A stretch of DNA of 64,000 bases from positions 16,678,001-16,742,000 of the forward strand of contig JAGIQG010000019.1 in NCBI GenBank assembly GCA_024679065.1. Direction: 5' to 3'. How positions within the stretch are numbered: the first letter of the stretch is position 1; the number at the start of each line of letters is the position of its first letter. Made by a program: the position numbers and the translations under genes. This document shows positions 57,101 through 64,000 of the stretch, piece after piece. The notes beneath the pieces were generated by a model, which was not told the DNA's origin, did no database searches, and saw only the letters and a list, made by a program, of their open reading frames with translations. Source of the DNA: Sphyrna mokarran (taxonomy: Eukaryota).

Positions 57101-60100
57101 TTTGAATAATTTCTGCAGTTTGCATTACATGATGATGCTGATATGCAGCATCTTTGTCAAAGTTTAACAGTTTCCATAACATATCTTATCAATGGATCTT
57201 CCCCTTAGCATGATGTGATTGTTAAAATTCTTCCATTTTCTTCTCTCGCTCAGTAATTTAGAATATTTTTGAAACAATTACAAATTTGTAAATGTGGACT
57301 TGGTTTCCTCCCGTCCAGCTTTGCTCCTTTATTCTCCAAGTTAGTTGAGCTCATTAGTAGCTGTAGACAATATGTTCCTCATTCTTGTTGCCTTGCTGTG
57401 AATTAAATCAGCTAATGTTGGAAGTCTATTAATACAGCTGGATTTCCAGTCAGAGTGCAGTGGGTTTGAATAGTTCTCTTTTCCTGTAGAAGTGACAACT
57501 ACAACAAAAGGAACAACAATTCCAACGACAACAGGTAATTGAGATTTTCCTTCAATATTGGAATCTCCCTATGAGACACTCCCTCGGTTTCGATGCTGAT
57601 TTCTTTCCATTAGGGATCATGGGATGGCAGATGAGTCCAATGGACAATCTGCATGTTCTGCCGCATGCCGGACAGACTTTACTTCGAGAATAATTTAGAT
57701 AACGTGCTTTGGGATTTGTCTGCTTGTTCCACTATGTCAAATTTATCTGTGAGACAGTGTTTCTCGGTGTGTTTCCATTTGGGTCAGTCAGAGGCCGAGC
57801 ACTCCCATGAATTGACGGGGACGTTTGGTGTCATCAGGTGTCATTCAAGATAGCCCTAAAGTACTTCTTCTGTCCCACGGGTATCTCCTTCTATCAGCTC
57901 ACCCTGGGCAAAGCCGTTGTCTTGGGACTCTGGTGTCAGGCAATCAAATGTCACCTGCTGCCCAGCCGAATTGGTTACGTGTAATTGTTGACTCGCTGCT
58001 GAATATGTTGTCTTGGGAGAGGATGTTGGAAAGCCTTTCTTGCCATACATTAACAGGTTCTTTCAAAGACACTTGTGTTACAATTCTCCAGTGTTTTGAG
58101 GTGGCTGTTATAAGTTGTCCAATTTGACAAAGCAGAAAAGAGTGTGGTGCTGTGTGCTGTGCTATAAAGTAAAACCTTAGCCTCTTGTTGTAGTACAGGG
58201 CCACAATCATCTTTTCAAATCCTCTTCCAAATGCATCTTAATCAACATTGGGTCGGACAACTCCAGTCCATCAATTCAGTCCTTTAGTTTCACCCAATTC
58301 CATTGGGATGGAGTTATTTGTAAAGTTCAGAATTCTCAATCTGCAATCAGTGACGTTTTCACATTCACAAAAACGGTGTTGTGACAAGCTCTCCCTTGGG
58401 AGATTTCTCTATCGGAAAATCAGATTGTTAATGTTTCAACAGTTTCATCTGTAAGTTTGATCCTTTCCTCCCATTCTGTGTCCCTTTGTGGCTGCTTATT
58501 CCAATAAAATTTTTGGCAAAATTTTCACTCCTGTTCGTAAATGTACACTTTGTACTTCATGCTGGTGCTCACAGTCTGCAGACATTTCAATTCCAAAAGA
58601 GTTGTTTCCAGCTGTTGTCAATGTTGCTGTCTTGATAGAGTGCTGATTTTGAAAGGTCTTTCTTTGTCTGCAGTACCAACGACAACAACAACAACACAGG
58701 AAACACCAACCACACCTGGGAAACCTACTACAACAGGTTAGTGCTGTTTCCTTATTATGAAATATTACAAAAATTACAAAAGTAGTACAAAACCCACCCA
58801 CACAGTTTGATAAGAAATTACCCTTCTGATCCAAAGCAGGTTTACAAGATCTTAACTATTTCAGGACTTCCCTCTGTCCCAATAACATCCAATTCAACAG
58901 ATATATAAATAAAGGCCAACTTACAGTTAACACTGTATCATTATTCTGGGGAACTTCTCTTGTCGGTTCAGTGAAGAAATGGGTTTTATCTGCCTCCACA
59001 AAGGTTTCTGCACTCTTGCTTCTGCTCTGCTAACCAGCAGCACCTTACATGCTGCAGGCTGGATTTTGTGCCTCAGGCTGCTAAATAGATGCCGCCTCCT
59101 GCTACCACAAAAAAGTTGCCAAGTATATAATTGTTTAGCTTTGAAGATTGAAATATCTCCTCAGAAATGGTGTCTTTTCATCAGATTCCTATTATTTACA
59201 ATCTTATCTCCACTTAACAGTGCGTCAGGATCAAAGTCAAAATTTAGAGTGTCAGCAACACTGACATTCCCTTTTTTGTATACAATTCAGTCTCCCTGAT
59301 TGGTGGACAATTATTAGTTCAATCAGGGAGCTTATAGTGCAAGAAGCCAAACTCCTGGCCTCATTGAGGTCATTACAAGATCCATTCTTATAGCTGGCTC
59401 TATGCCTTCTTGGTTGTGTTATTTCCAATATTAACATGAATGTCTTCCCCAAATTGTACCAATGCCTCCCCAAATTATTTCCAATTTGCAGGATGCTGTA
59501 TTTCTTTTTGGTCTGTCTACAACTGCTAATCTTGTTATTGAGCTTCCCATCCTGTGATACACCTTGTAAAATATTTGCCCATTCACAACAATAACAAAGT
59601 AAATCTCACAGTAAAACAGTGTTAGCTTTATGTTGTCAAACAGTGAAGTTAATTGTGTTTCTTGTTCTTCAGAAGTCATCACTACAACAGTGAAACCAAC
59701 GACAACCAGTTCCACTACCATCCCCCCACCAGGTGAGTGAAAGCTTCATTTGTGACACAATAGCAAAACTGGTGTCGCAAACTGTTCTTTTGCAGCTGTT
59801 TCCGAGCAGTGGAAAGACACTGCTTCACACTTATTTCTAGGTAGTGCCTAACTTCACTAAGTGAACTCATCGATAACCGTGTGATTCAGATGAAGTTCGA
59901 TGAGAACATGCAGATGAGAAGAAATGGTTTCACCGCGTTTCTGCGTATACTTTCCTCTCTTAGACTCTACTCACTCAACAATATTTCCTGAACCTGTTCC
60001 GAAATATCGCCTGACATTGGAATAATTTCTGCAGTCTGCATTACACGATGATGCTGATATGCAGCATCTTTGTCAAAGTTCTGCAGTTTCCATAACATAT

Positions 60101-63100
60101 CTTATCAACGGATCTTCCCCTTAGCATGATGTGATTGTTAAAATTCTTCCATTTTCTTCTCTCACTCAGTAAGATAGAATATTTTTGAAACAAGAATAAA
60201 TTTGTAAATGTGGACTTGTCTTCCTCCCGTCCAGCTTTGCTCCTTTATTCTCCAAGTTAGTTGAGTTCATTAGTAGCTGTAGACAGTATGTTCCTCATTC
60301 TTGTTGCCTTACTGTGAATTAAATCAGCTAATGTTGGAAGTCTATTAATACAGCTGGATTTCCAGTCAGAGTGCAGTGGTTTTGAATAATTCTCTTTCCC
60401 TGTAGAAGTGACAACTACAACAAAAGGAACACCAATTCCGACGACAACATGTAATTGAGATTTTCCTTCAATATTGGAATCTCCCTATTAGACAATCCCT
60501 CGGTTTCGATGATGATTTCCTTCCATTAGGGATCATGGGATGGCAAATGAGTCCAATGGACAATCTGCACGTTCTGCCACATTCCAGAAGGATTTTCCTC
60601 TGAGAATAGTTTAGATAACGTGCTTGGGGATTTGTCTGCTCGTTCCGATATCTCAAATTTATCTGTGAGACAGTATTTCTCGGTGTGTTTCCATTTGGGT
60701 CAGTCAGAAGCCGAGCACTCCCATGAATTGACGGGGACGTTTGGTGACATCAGGAGTCGTTCAAGACAGCCCTGAAGTGCTTCTTCTGTCCCACGGGTAT
60801 CTCCTTCTATCAGCGCACTCTGGGCAAAGCCATCGTCTTGGGAGTCTGCTGTCAGGCAATCAAATGTCATCTGCTGCCCAGCCGAATTGGTTATGTGTAA
60901 TTGTTGACTCACTGCTGAATATGTTGTCTTGGGAGAGGATGTTGGAAAGCCTTTCTTACCATACATTAGGAGGTCCTTTCAAAGACACTTGTGTTACGAT
61001 TCTCCAGTGTTTTGAGATGGCTGCTGTGAGTTGTCCAATTTGACAAAGCAGAAAAGAGTGTGGTGCTCTGTGCTGTGCGATAAAGGAAAACCTTAGCCTC
61101 TTGTTGTAGTACAGGGCCACAATCATCTTTTCAAATCCTCTTCCAAATGCATCTTAATCAACATTGGCTCAGACAACTCCAGTCCATCAATTCAGTCCTT
61201 TAGTTTCATCCAATTCCTTTGAGATGGAGTTATTTGTAAAGTTCAGTATTCTCAATCTGCAATCAGTGACATTTTCACATTCACAAAAACGATGTTGTGA
61301 CAAGCTCTACCTTGGGAGGTTTCTCTGTCGGAAAATCAGATTGTTAATGTTTCAACAGTTTCATCTGTAAGTTTGATCCTTTCATCCCATTCTGTGTCCT
61401 TTTGTGGCTCCTTATTCTCATAAAATTTTCGGCAAAATTTTCACTCCTGTTCGTAAGTGTACAGTTTGTTCTTCATGCTCACAGTCTGCAGACATTTCAA
61501 TTCTAAAAGACTTATTTCCCGATGTTGTCAATGTTGCTGTCTTGATAGAGTGTTGACTTTGAAAGGTCTCTCTTTGTCTACAGTACCAACGACAACAACA
61601 ACAACACCGGAAACAACAACCACACCTGGGAAACCTACTACAACAGGTTAGTGCTGTTTCCTTATTATGAAATATTACAAAAATTACAGAACGACTACTA
61701 AACTCACCCACACAGTTTAGTAAGGAATTACCCGTCTGATCCAAAGCAGGTTTACAAGATCTTAACTATTTCAGGACTTCCCTCTGTCCCAGTAACATCC
61801 AATTCAACAGATATATAAATAAAGGCCAACTTACAGTTAACACCATATCATTATTCTGGGGAACTTCTCTTGTAGGTTCAGCGAAGCAATGGGTTTTATC
61901 TGCCTCGACAAAAGTTTCTGCACTCTTGCTTCTGCTCTGCTCACCAGCAGCACCTTACATGATGCTAGCTATATTTTGTGCCTCAGGCTACTAAATGGAT
62001 GCTGCCTCCTGCTTCCACAAAAAAGTTGCCAAGTATATAATTGTTTAGCTTTGAAGATTGAAATATCTCCTCAGAGGATGGTGTCTCTTCAGCAGATTCC
62101 CATTATTTACAATCTTATCTCCTGTGTCAGGATCAAAGTCAAAATTCAGAATGTCACCAACCCTGACACTCCCATTTGTATATACAATTCAGACTCCCTG
62201 ATTGGTGGGCAATTATTAGCACAATCACGAGGCTTATAGTGCAAGAAGCCAAACTCCTGGCCTCATTGAAGTCATTACAAGATCCATTCTTATAGCTGGC
62301 TCTATGCCTTCTTGCTTGTGTAATTTCCAATGTTAACATGAATGTCTTCCCCAAATTGTACCAATGCCTCCCCAAAATATTTCCAATTTGCAAGATGCTG
62401 TATTTCTTTTTGGTCTGTCTATAACTGCTAATCTTATTATTGAGTTTCCCATCCTGTGATACACCTTGTAAAATGTGGACCCATTAACGACAATAACAAA
62501 GTAAATCTCACAGTGAAACAGTGTTAGCTTTATGTTGTCCAACAGTGAGGTTGATTGTGTTTCTTGTTCTTCAGAAGTCATCACTACAACAGTGAAACCA
62601 ACGACAACCAGTTCCACTACCATCCCCCTACCAGATGAGTGAAAGCTTCGTTTGTGACACAATAGTAAAACTGGTGTCATAAACTGTTCATTTGCAGCAA
62701 TTTCCAGGCAGTGGAAAGACACTGCTTCACACTTATTTCTAGTTAGCGACTAACTTCCCAAGTGAACTGATTGATAAACCGTCTGATTCAGATGAAATTC
62801 GATGAGAACGTGCAGATGAGAAGAAATGGTTTCACCGCGTTTCTGTGTGTACTGTCCTCTCGTAGATTCTACTCACTCAACAATATTTCCTGAACCTGTT
62901 CTGAAATATCCCCTGACATTGGAATAATTTCTGCAGTCTGCATTACACGATGATGCTGATATGCAGCATCTTTGTCAAAGTTCTGCAGTTTCCATAACAT
63001 ATCTTATCAATGGATCTTCCTCTTAGCATGATGTGATTGTTAAAAATCTTCCATTTTCTTCTCTCGCTCAGTAATTTAGAATATTTTTGAAACAAGAACA

Positions 63101-63352
63101 AATTTGTAAATGTGGACTTGTTTTCCTCCTGTCCAGCTTTGCTCCTTTATTCTCCAAGTTAGTTGAGCTCGTTAGTAGCTGTAGACAATATGTTCCTCAT
63201 TCTTGTTGCCTTGCTGTGAATTAAATCAGCTAATGTTGGAAGTCTATTAATACAGCTGGATTTCCAGTCAGAGTGCAGTGGTTTTGAATAGTTCTCTTTT
63301 CCTGTAGAAGTGACAACTACAACAAAAGGAACACCAATTCCAACGACAACAG
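74..63352 (+). CDS. Internal part of a multi-exon mucin-like (PTS-domain) gene; about 60 intact phase 1-1 microexons, about 1134 codons; 5' and 3' ends lie outside the window
   Basis: Repeated polypyrimidine+YAG acceptors and GT(R/T)A donors flank 36-63 nt 3n exons that splice into one stop-free frame. The A-B-C-D unit is 76 aa with 33 Thr, 14 Pro, 5 Ser and no Cys or Asn. Confidence 0.88.
803..846 (+). pseudogene. Exon B copy with damaged donor (44 nt, ATA|gtgatt)
   Basis: 1 nt shorter than the consensus ACAG|gtaatt; would shift the frame if used. Confidence 0.6.
880..1545 (-). mobile_element. Degraded 3' fragment of an RTE-clade LINE ORF2; present in every B-C intron, partly deleted in some copies
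   Basis: Minus-strand remnants SILSQDNI, FPETRFSKQ, GQKKHF..LKDS, NIPINSWE and CPACGRMCRLSIGLFCH (plus WTTYSSHLKTLE in other copies) resemble the RTE C-terminus. Boundaries approximate. Confidence 0.75.
1975..2037 (+). CDS. Exon C (VPTTTTTTQETTPTPGKPTTT)
   Basis: tctgcag|...ACAG|gttagt, 63 nt. Confidence 0.85.
2309..2368 (+). CDS. Exon D (ERVTTTVKPSTIGPPPGSTS)
   Basis: ttctccttcag|...TCAG|gtgagt, 60 nt. Confidence 0.85.
2893..2952 (+). CDS. Exon A
   Basis: AG/GT, 60 nt. Confidence 0.8.
3624..3668 (+). CDS. Exon B (EVTTTTKGTPIPTTT)
   Basis: ttttcctgtag|...ACAG|gtaatt, 45 nt. Confidence 0.85.
4816..4878 (+). CDS. Exon C
   Basis: AG/GT, 63 nt. Confidence 0.85.
5162..5221 (+). CDS. Exon D
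   Basis: AG/GT, 60 nt. Confidence 0.85.
6827..6886 (+). CDS. Exon A
   Basis: AG/GT, 60 nt. Confidence 0.85.
7428..7472 (+). CDS. Exon B
   Basis: AG/GT, 45 nt. Confidence 0.85.
8162..8845 (-). mobile_element. Possible 3' LTR of an LTR retrotransposon that interrupts the array (with a nested SINE)
   Basis: Array homology ends near 8162. The minus strand shows purine-rich GGGAGGAGCGGTGA, then TGTGAC (8845), ending in GTTAACA (8162): TG..CA termini with a PPT-like tract. Confidence 0.4.
8263..8553 (-). mobile_element. tRNA-derived V-SINE
   Basis: V-domain-like GGAGGAAACTGGAG..GAAAACCCATGCAGAC..CAAACTCCACACAGAC, B-box-like GGATTCAATTCC on the minus strand, (TAAA)n tail. Confidence 0.8.
9718..9780 (+). 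CDS. Unique divergent exon E (EMTTSAETQKTTVRIYEHTTT)
   Basis: ctttctgttcag|...ACAC|gtaagt, 63 nt, phase 1-1, Thr-rich, open frame. Confidence 0.75.
10709..10973 (-). mobile_element. tRNA-derived V-SINE (same family as 8263-8553)
   Basis: Minus-strand A-box TGGCGCAGTGG, B-box-like GGTTTGATTTCC, V-domain and the same tail. Confidence 0.8.
11397..11432 (+). CDS. Unique exon F (xVTEKLVKESTT)
   Basis: tttcttttcttgtgttgcag|...ACAG|gtaagc, 36 nt, phase 1-1. Confidence 0.7.
11880..12280 (-). mobile_element. Degraded Gypsy-type gag-protease fragment
   Basis: Minus strand: decayed zinc knuckle CFR...KFMDAICHQCNKKGN followed by the aspartic-protease-like PIFNTVMIDCKQIKMDVDTA. Confidence 0.65.
12292..12633. 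mobile_element. Inverted-repeat relic resembling the Penelope-like element ends common in shark/ray genomes
   Basis: ATGCTGGATGAGTTCAGCAGGTCAGCGGCATCTGAAGAGAGAAACAGAGTTAA has an imperfect reverse complement at about 12560-12630. Family assignment is from recall. Confidence 0.55.
12812..12862 (+). pseudogene. Truncated A-like exon relic (EGTSKPIISSTSSYTIG), donor deleted
   Basis: A-type acceptor context (agtgaagttgattgtgtttcttgttccccag), then fused directly to B-C intron sequence. Confidence 0.6.
13616..13678 (+). CDS. Exon C variant (VPMTTTTTQETTTTTRKPTTT)
   Basis: AG/GT, 63 nt. Confidence 0.8.
13948..13977 (+). pseudogene. Truncated exon D (ERVTVTVKLS); original donor deleted, only a weak in-phase G|gtttca remains
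   Basis: Acceptor intact; the 3' half of the exon and the intron start are missing. Confidence 0.6.
14882..14941 (+). CDS. Exon A
   Basis: AG/GT, 60 nt. Confidence 0.85.
15397..15441 (+). CDS. Exon B
   Basis: AG/GT, 45 nt. Confidence 0.85.
16154..16216 (+). CDS. Exon C
   Basis: AG/GT, 63 nt. Confidence 0.85.
16500..16559 (+). CDS. Exon D
   Basis: AG/GT, 60 nt. Confidence 0.85.
18154..18213 (+). CDS. Exon A
   Basis: AG/GT, 60 nt. Confidence 0.85.
18668..18712 (+). CDS. Exon B
   Basis: AG/GT, 45 nt. Confidence 0.85.
19858..19920 (+). CDS. Exon C
   Basis: AG/GT, 63 nt. Confidence 0.85.
20204..20263 (+). CDS. Exon D
   Basis: AG/GT, 60 nt. Confidence 0.85.
21120..21164 (+). CDS. Exon B (starts Ala; TAGCAG acceptor)
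   Basis: AG/GT, 45 nt. Confidence 0.8.
22293..22355 (+). CDS. Exon C
   Basis: AG/GT, 63 nt. Confidence 0.85.
22639..22698 (+). CDS. Exon D
   Basis: AG/GT, 60 nt. Confidence 0.85.
24237..24296 (+). CDS. Exon A
   Basis: AG/GT, 60 nt. Confidence 0.85.
24753..24797 (+). CDS. Exon B
   Basis: AG/GT, 45 nt. Confidence 0.85.
25944..26006 (+). CDS. Exon C
   Basis: AG/GT, 63 nt. Confidence 0.85.
26290..26349 (+). CDS. Exon D
   Basis: AG/GT, 60 nt. Confidence 0.85.
27938..27997 (+). CDS. Exon A (ends STTVPTP)
   Basis: AG/GT, 60 nt. Confidence 0.85.
28471..28515 (+). CDS. Exon B
   Basis: AG/GT, 45 nt. Confidence 0.85.
29665..29727 (+). CDS. Exon C
   Basis: AG/GT, 63 nt. Confidence 0.85.
30011..30070 (+). 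CDS. Exon D
   Basis: AG/GT, 60 nt. Confidence 0.85.
31652..31711 (+). CDS. Exon A
   Basis: AG/GT, 60 nt. Confidence 0.85.
32383..32427 (+). CDS. Exon B (last base T; weaker donor CAT|gtaatt)
   Basis: AG/GT, 45 nt. Confidence 0.7.
32962..35707 (-). mobile_element. 5'-truncated CR1-clade LINE inserted antisense in a B-C intron
   Basis: CR1-type ORF2, CR1 3' motif GGGCCGAAGGGCCTGTTTCC, short poly(A), candidate 4-bp TSD TTGT (32958-32961 / 35708-35711). Array sequence resumes exactly after it. Confidence 0.95.
33429..35703 (-). pseudogene. CR1 ORF2 (endonuclease C-terminus + reverse transcriptase), frameshifted
   Basis: PTREGAILDLVL, KAPGPDGIYPRLL, DVVYMDFSKAFDKVPH, GVPQGSVLGPLLF, FAGDTK (normally FADDTK), YTTLVRPHLEYC; split over 4 ORF pieces. 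Confidence 0.92.
36310..36372 (+). CDS. Exon C
   Basis: AG/GT, 63 nt. Confidence 0.85.
36656..36715 (+). CDS. Exon D
   Basis: AG/GT, 60 nt. Confidence 0.85.
38251..38310 (+). CDS. Exon A
   Basis: AG/GT, 60 nt. Confidence 0.85.
38981..39025 (+). CDS. Exon B (TAGCAG acceptor, last base T)
   Basis: AG/GT, 45 nt. Confidence 0.7.
40172..40234 (+). CDS. Exon C
   Basis: AG/GT, 63 nt. Confidence 0.85.
40518..40577 (+). CDS. Exon D
   Basis: AG/GT, 60 nt. Confidence 0.85.
42164..42223 (+). CDS. Exon A
   Basis: AG/GT, 60 nt. Confidence 0.8.
43645..43704 (+). CDS. Exon A
   Basis: AG/GT, 60 nt; follows a noisy junction. Confidence 0.78.
44159..44203 (+). CDS. Exon B
   Basis: AG/GT, 45 nt. Confidence 0.8.
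45349..45411 (+). CDS. Exon C
   Basis: AG/GT, 63 nt. Confidence 0.8.
45695..45754 (+). CDS. Exon D
   Basis: AG/GT, 60 nt. Confidence 0.8.
47349..47408 (+). CDS. Exon A
   Basis: AG/GT, 60 nt. Confidence 0.8.
47863..47907 (+). CDS. Exon B
   Basis: AG/GT, 45 nt. Confidence 0.8.
49053..49115 (+). CDS. Exon C
   Basis: AG/GT, 63 nt. Confidence 0.8.
49399..49458 (+). CDS. Exon D
   Basis: AG/GT, 60 nt. Confidence 0.8.
51047..51106 (+). CDS. Exon A
   Basis: AG/GT, 60 nt. Confidence 0.82.
51775..51818 (+). pseudogene. Exon B copy with damaged donor (44 nt, ATA|gtgatt)
   Basis: Same lesion as 803-846. Confidence 0.6.
52948..53002 (+). pseudogene. Exon C copy with an 8-nt deletion (55 nt)
   Basis: Splice sites intact; the ACA run is shortened by 8 nt. 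Confidence 0.6.
53274..53333 (+). CDS. Exon D variant (ERVTTTVKPSTTGPRPGSTS)
   Basis: AG/GT, 60 nt. Confidence 0.8.
53843..53902 (+). CDS. Exon A
   Basis: AG/GT, 60 nt. Confidence 0.85.
54572..54619 (+). CDS. Exon B with one extra Thr codon (48 nt)
   Basis: AG/GT, in-frame +3 indel. Confidence 0.85.
55762..55824 (+). CDS. Exon C (VPTTTTTTPETTTTPGKPTTT)
   Basis: AG/GT, 63 nt. Confidence 0.85.
56759..56818 (+). CDS. Exon A
   Basis: AG/GT, 60 nt. Confidence 0.85.
57490..57534 (+). CDS. Exon B
   Basis: AG/GT, 45 nt. Confidence 0.85.
58674..58736 (+). CDS. Exon C
   Basis: AG/GT, 63 nt. Confidence 0.85.
59673..59732 (+). CDS. Exon A
   Basis: AG/GT, 60 nt. Confidence 0.85.
60406..60450 (+). 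CDS. Exon B (last base T)
   Basis: AG/GT, 45 nt. Confidence 0.7.
61584..61646 (+). CDS. Exon C
   Basis: AG/GT, 63 nt. Confidence 0.85.
62575..62634 (+). pseudogene. Exon A copy with a dead donor (CCAG|atgagt)
   Basis: +1 G>A relative to the other 16 copies. Confidence 0.65.
63308..63352 (+). CDS. Exon B
   Basis: AG/GT, 45 nt. Confidence 0.85.
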
Positions 63353-63889
63353 GTAATTGAGATTTTCCTTCAATATTGGAATCTCCCTATTAGTCACTCC
63401 CTCGGTTTCGATGATGATTTCCTTCCATTAGGGATCATGGGATGGCAGATGAGTCCAATGGACAATCTGCACGTTCTGCCACATTCCAGAAGGATTTCCC
63501 TCCGAGAATAGTTTAGATAACGTGCTTGGGGATTTGTGTGCTCGTTCCGATATCTCAAATTTATCTGTGAGACAGTGTTTCTCGGGTCAGTCAGAGGCCA
63601 AGCACTCCCATGAATTGATGGGGATGTTTGGTGTCATCAGGAATCCTTCAAGACAGCCCTGAGGTGTTTCTTCTGTCTCACGGGGGTCTCCTTCTACCAC
63701 GGCATTCTGGGCAAAGCCGTTGCTTTGGGAATTTGTTATCAGGCAAACGTCATCTGCTGCCTCAAATAGTGGTTACGTGTAATTGTTGACTCACTGCTGA
63801 ATATGTTGTCTTGGGAGAGGATGCTGTTGTTGGAAAGCCTTTCTTGCCATAGATTAGGAGGACCTTGCAAAGACACTCATGTTACAATT

Positions 63890-64000
63890 ACATAGAACAT
63901 CGAACATAGAACAATACAGCACAAACAGGCCCTTCGGCCCACGAGTTGCGCCGATCACATCTAACCAATCCACTGACCTATCTATAATCCCCTATCATAT
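63890..64000 (-). mobile_element. 3' end of a second CR1-type element (LINE or CR1-tailed SINE), running off the window
   Basis: (CATAGAA)n-like tail, i.e. (TTCTATG)n on the minus strand, followed by ACAGGCCCTTCGGCCC. Confidence 0.8.

Larger units (their letters stand above)
1..63889 (+). repeat. Intragenic tandem array of exon+intron units (about 17 copies; period about 3.7 kb, about 2.9 kb after 53.8 kb)
   Basis: Exon spacings 16154-19858 and 43645-47349 = 3704 nt; 56759-59673 = 2914 nt. Intron sequences and ORF-track peptides recur in each unit. Confidence 0.97.

Noticed and set aside
787-62722. The many recurring 60-130 aa ORFs of the ORF track as a tandem small-gene cluster
   Set aside because: Starts, stops and frames vary between copies. 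They are intron sequence, RTE relic, or read-through and antisense frames of the true microexons.
74-63352. Assigning a specific gene symbol (MUC2, MUC5AC, PRG4, etc.) or an antigen-receptor segment array
   Set aside because: Only low-complexity PTS exons are present with no diagnostic domain. The exons are bounded by splice sites, and I saw no correctly spaced heptamer/nonamer RSS pairs or Ig motifs.
1-64000. CRISPR array or prokaryotic/phage system
   Set aside because: Repeats are kb-scale with conserved intervening DNA, spliceosomal signals and vertebrate retroposons; there are no unique spacers, cas genes or operons.

Overview
Eukaryotic (vertebrate) genomic DNA, most likely a cartilaginous fish judging by its repeat families (CR1 LINEs, V-SINEs, RTE and Penelope-like relics). 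Almost the whole window is an internal part of one + strand gene whose Thr/Pro/Ser-rich mucin-type domain is encoded by an array of about 65 microexons (36-63 nt; 60 intact), not by one large exon. The tandem unit is about 3.7 kb with four exons: A (60 nt, EVITTTVKPTTTSSTTIPPP), B (45 nt, EVTTTTKGTPIPTTT), C (63 nt, VPTTTTTTQETPTTPGKPTTT) and D (60 nt, ERVTTTVKPSTIGPPPGSTS). It shrinks to a three-exon unit of about 2.9 kb near the right end. All intact exons are AG/GT-flanked, 3n long and phase 1-1, giving about 1134 codons in the window. No start codon, stop codon or globular domain is visible, so the gene cannot be named. A repeat-rich island at about 8.2-12.9 kb holds two divergent exons. 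Two CR1 insertions (about 33-35.7 kb and the right edge) hit nearly the same site of the unit. Two indel-rich segments suggest assembly joins, so copy number is uncertain. Most entries in the ORF track are intronic noise.
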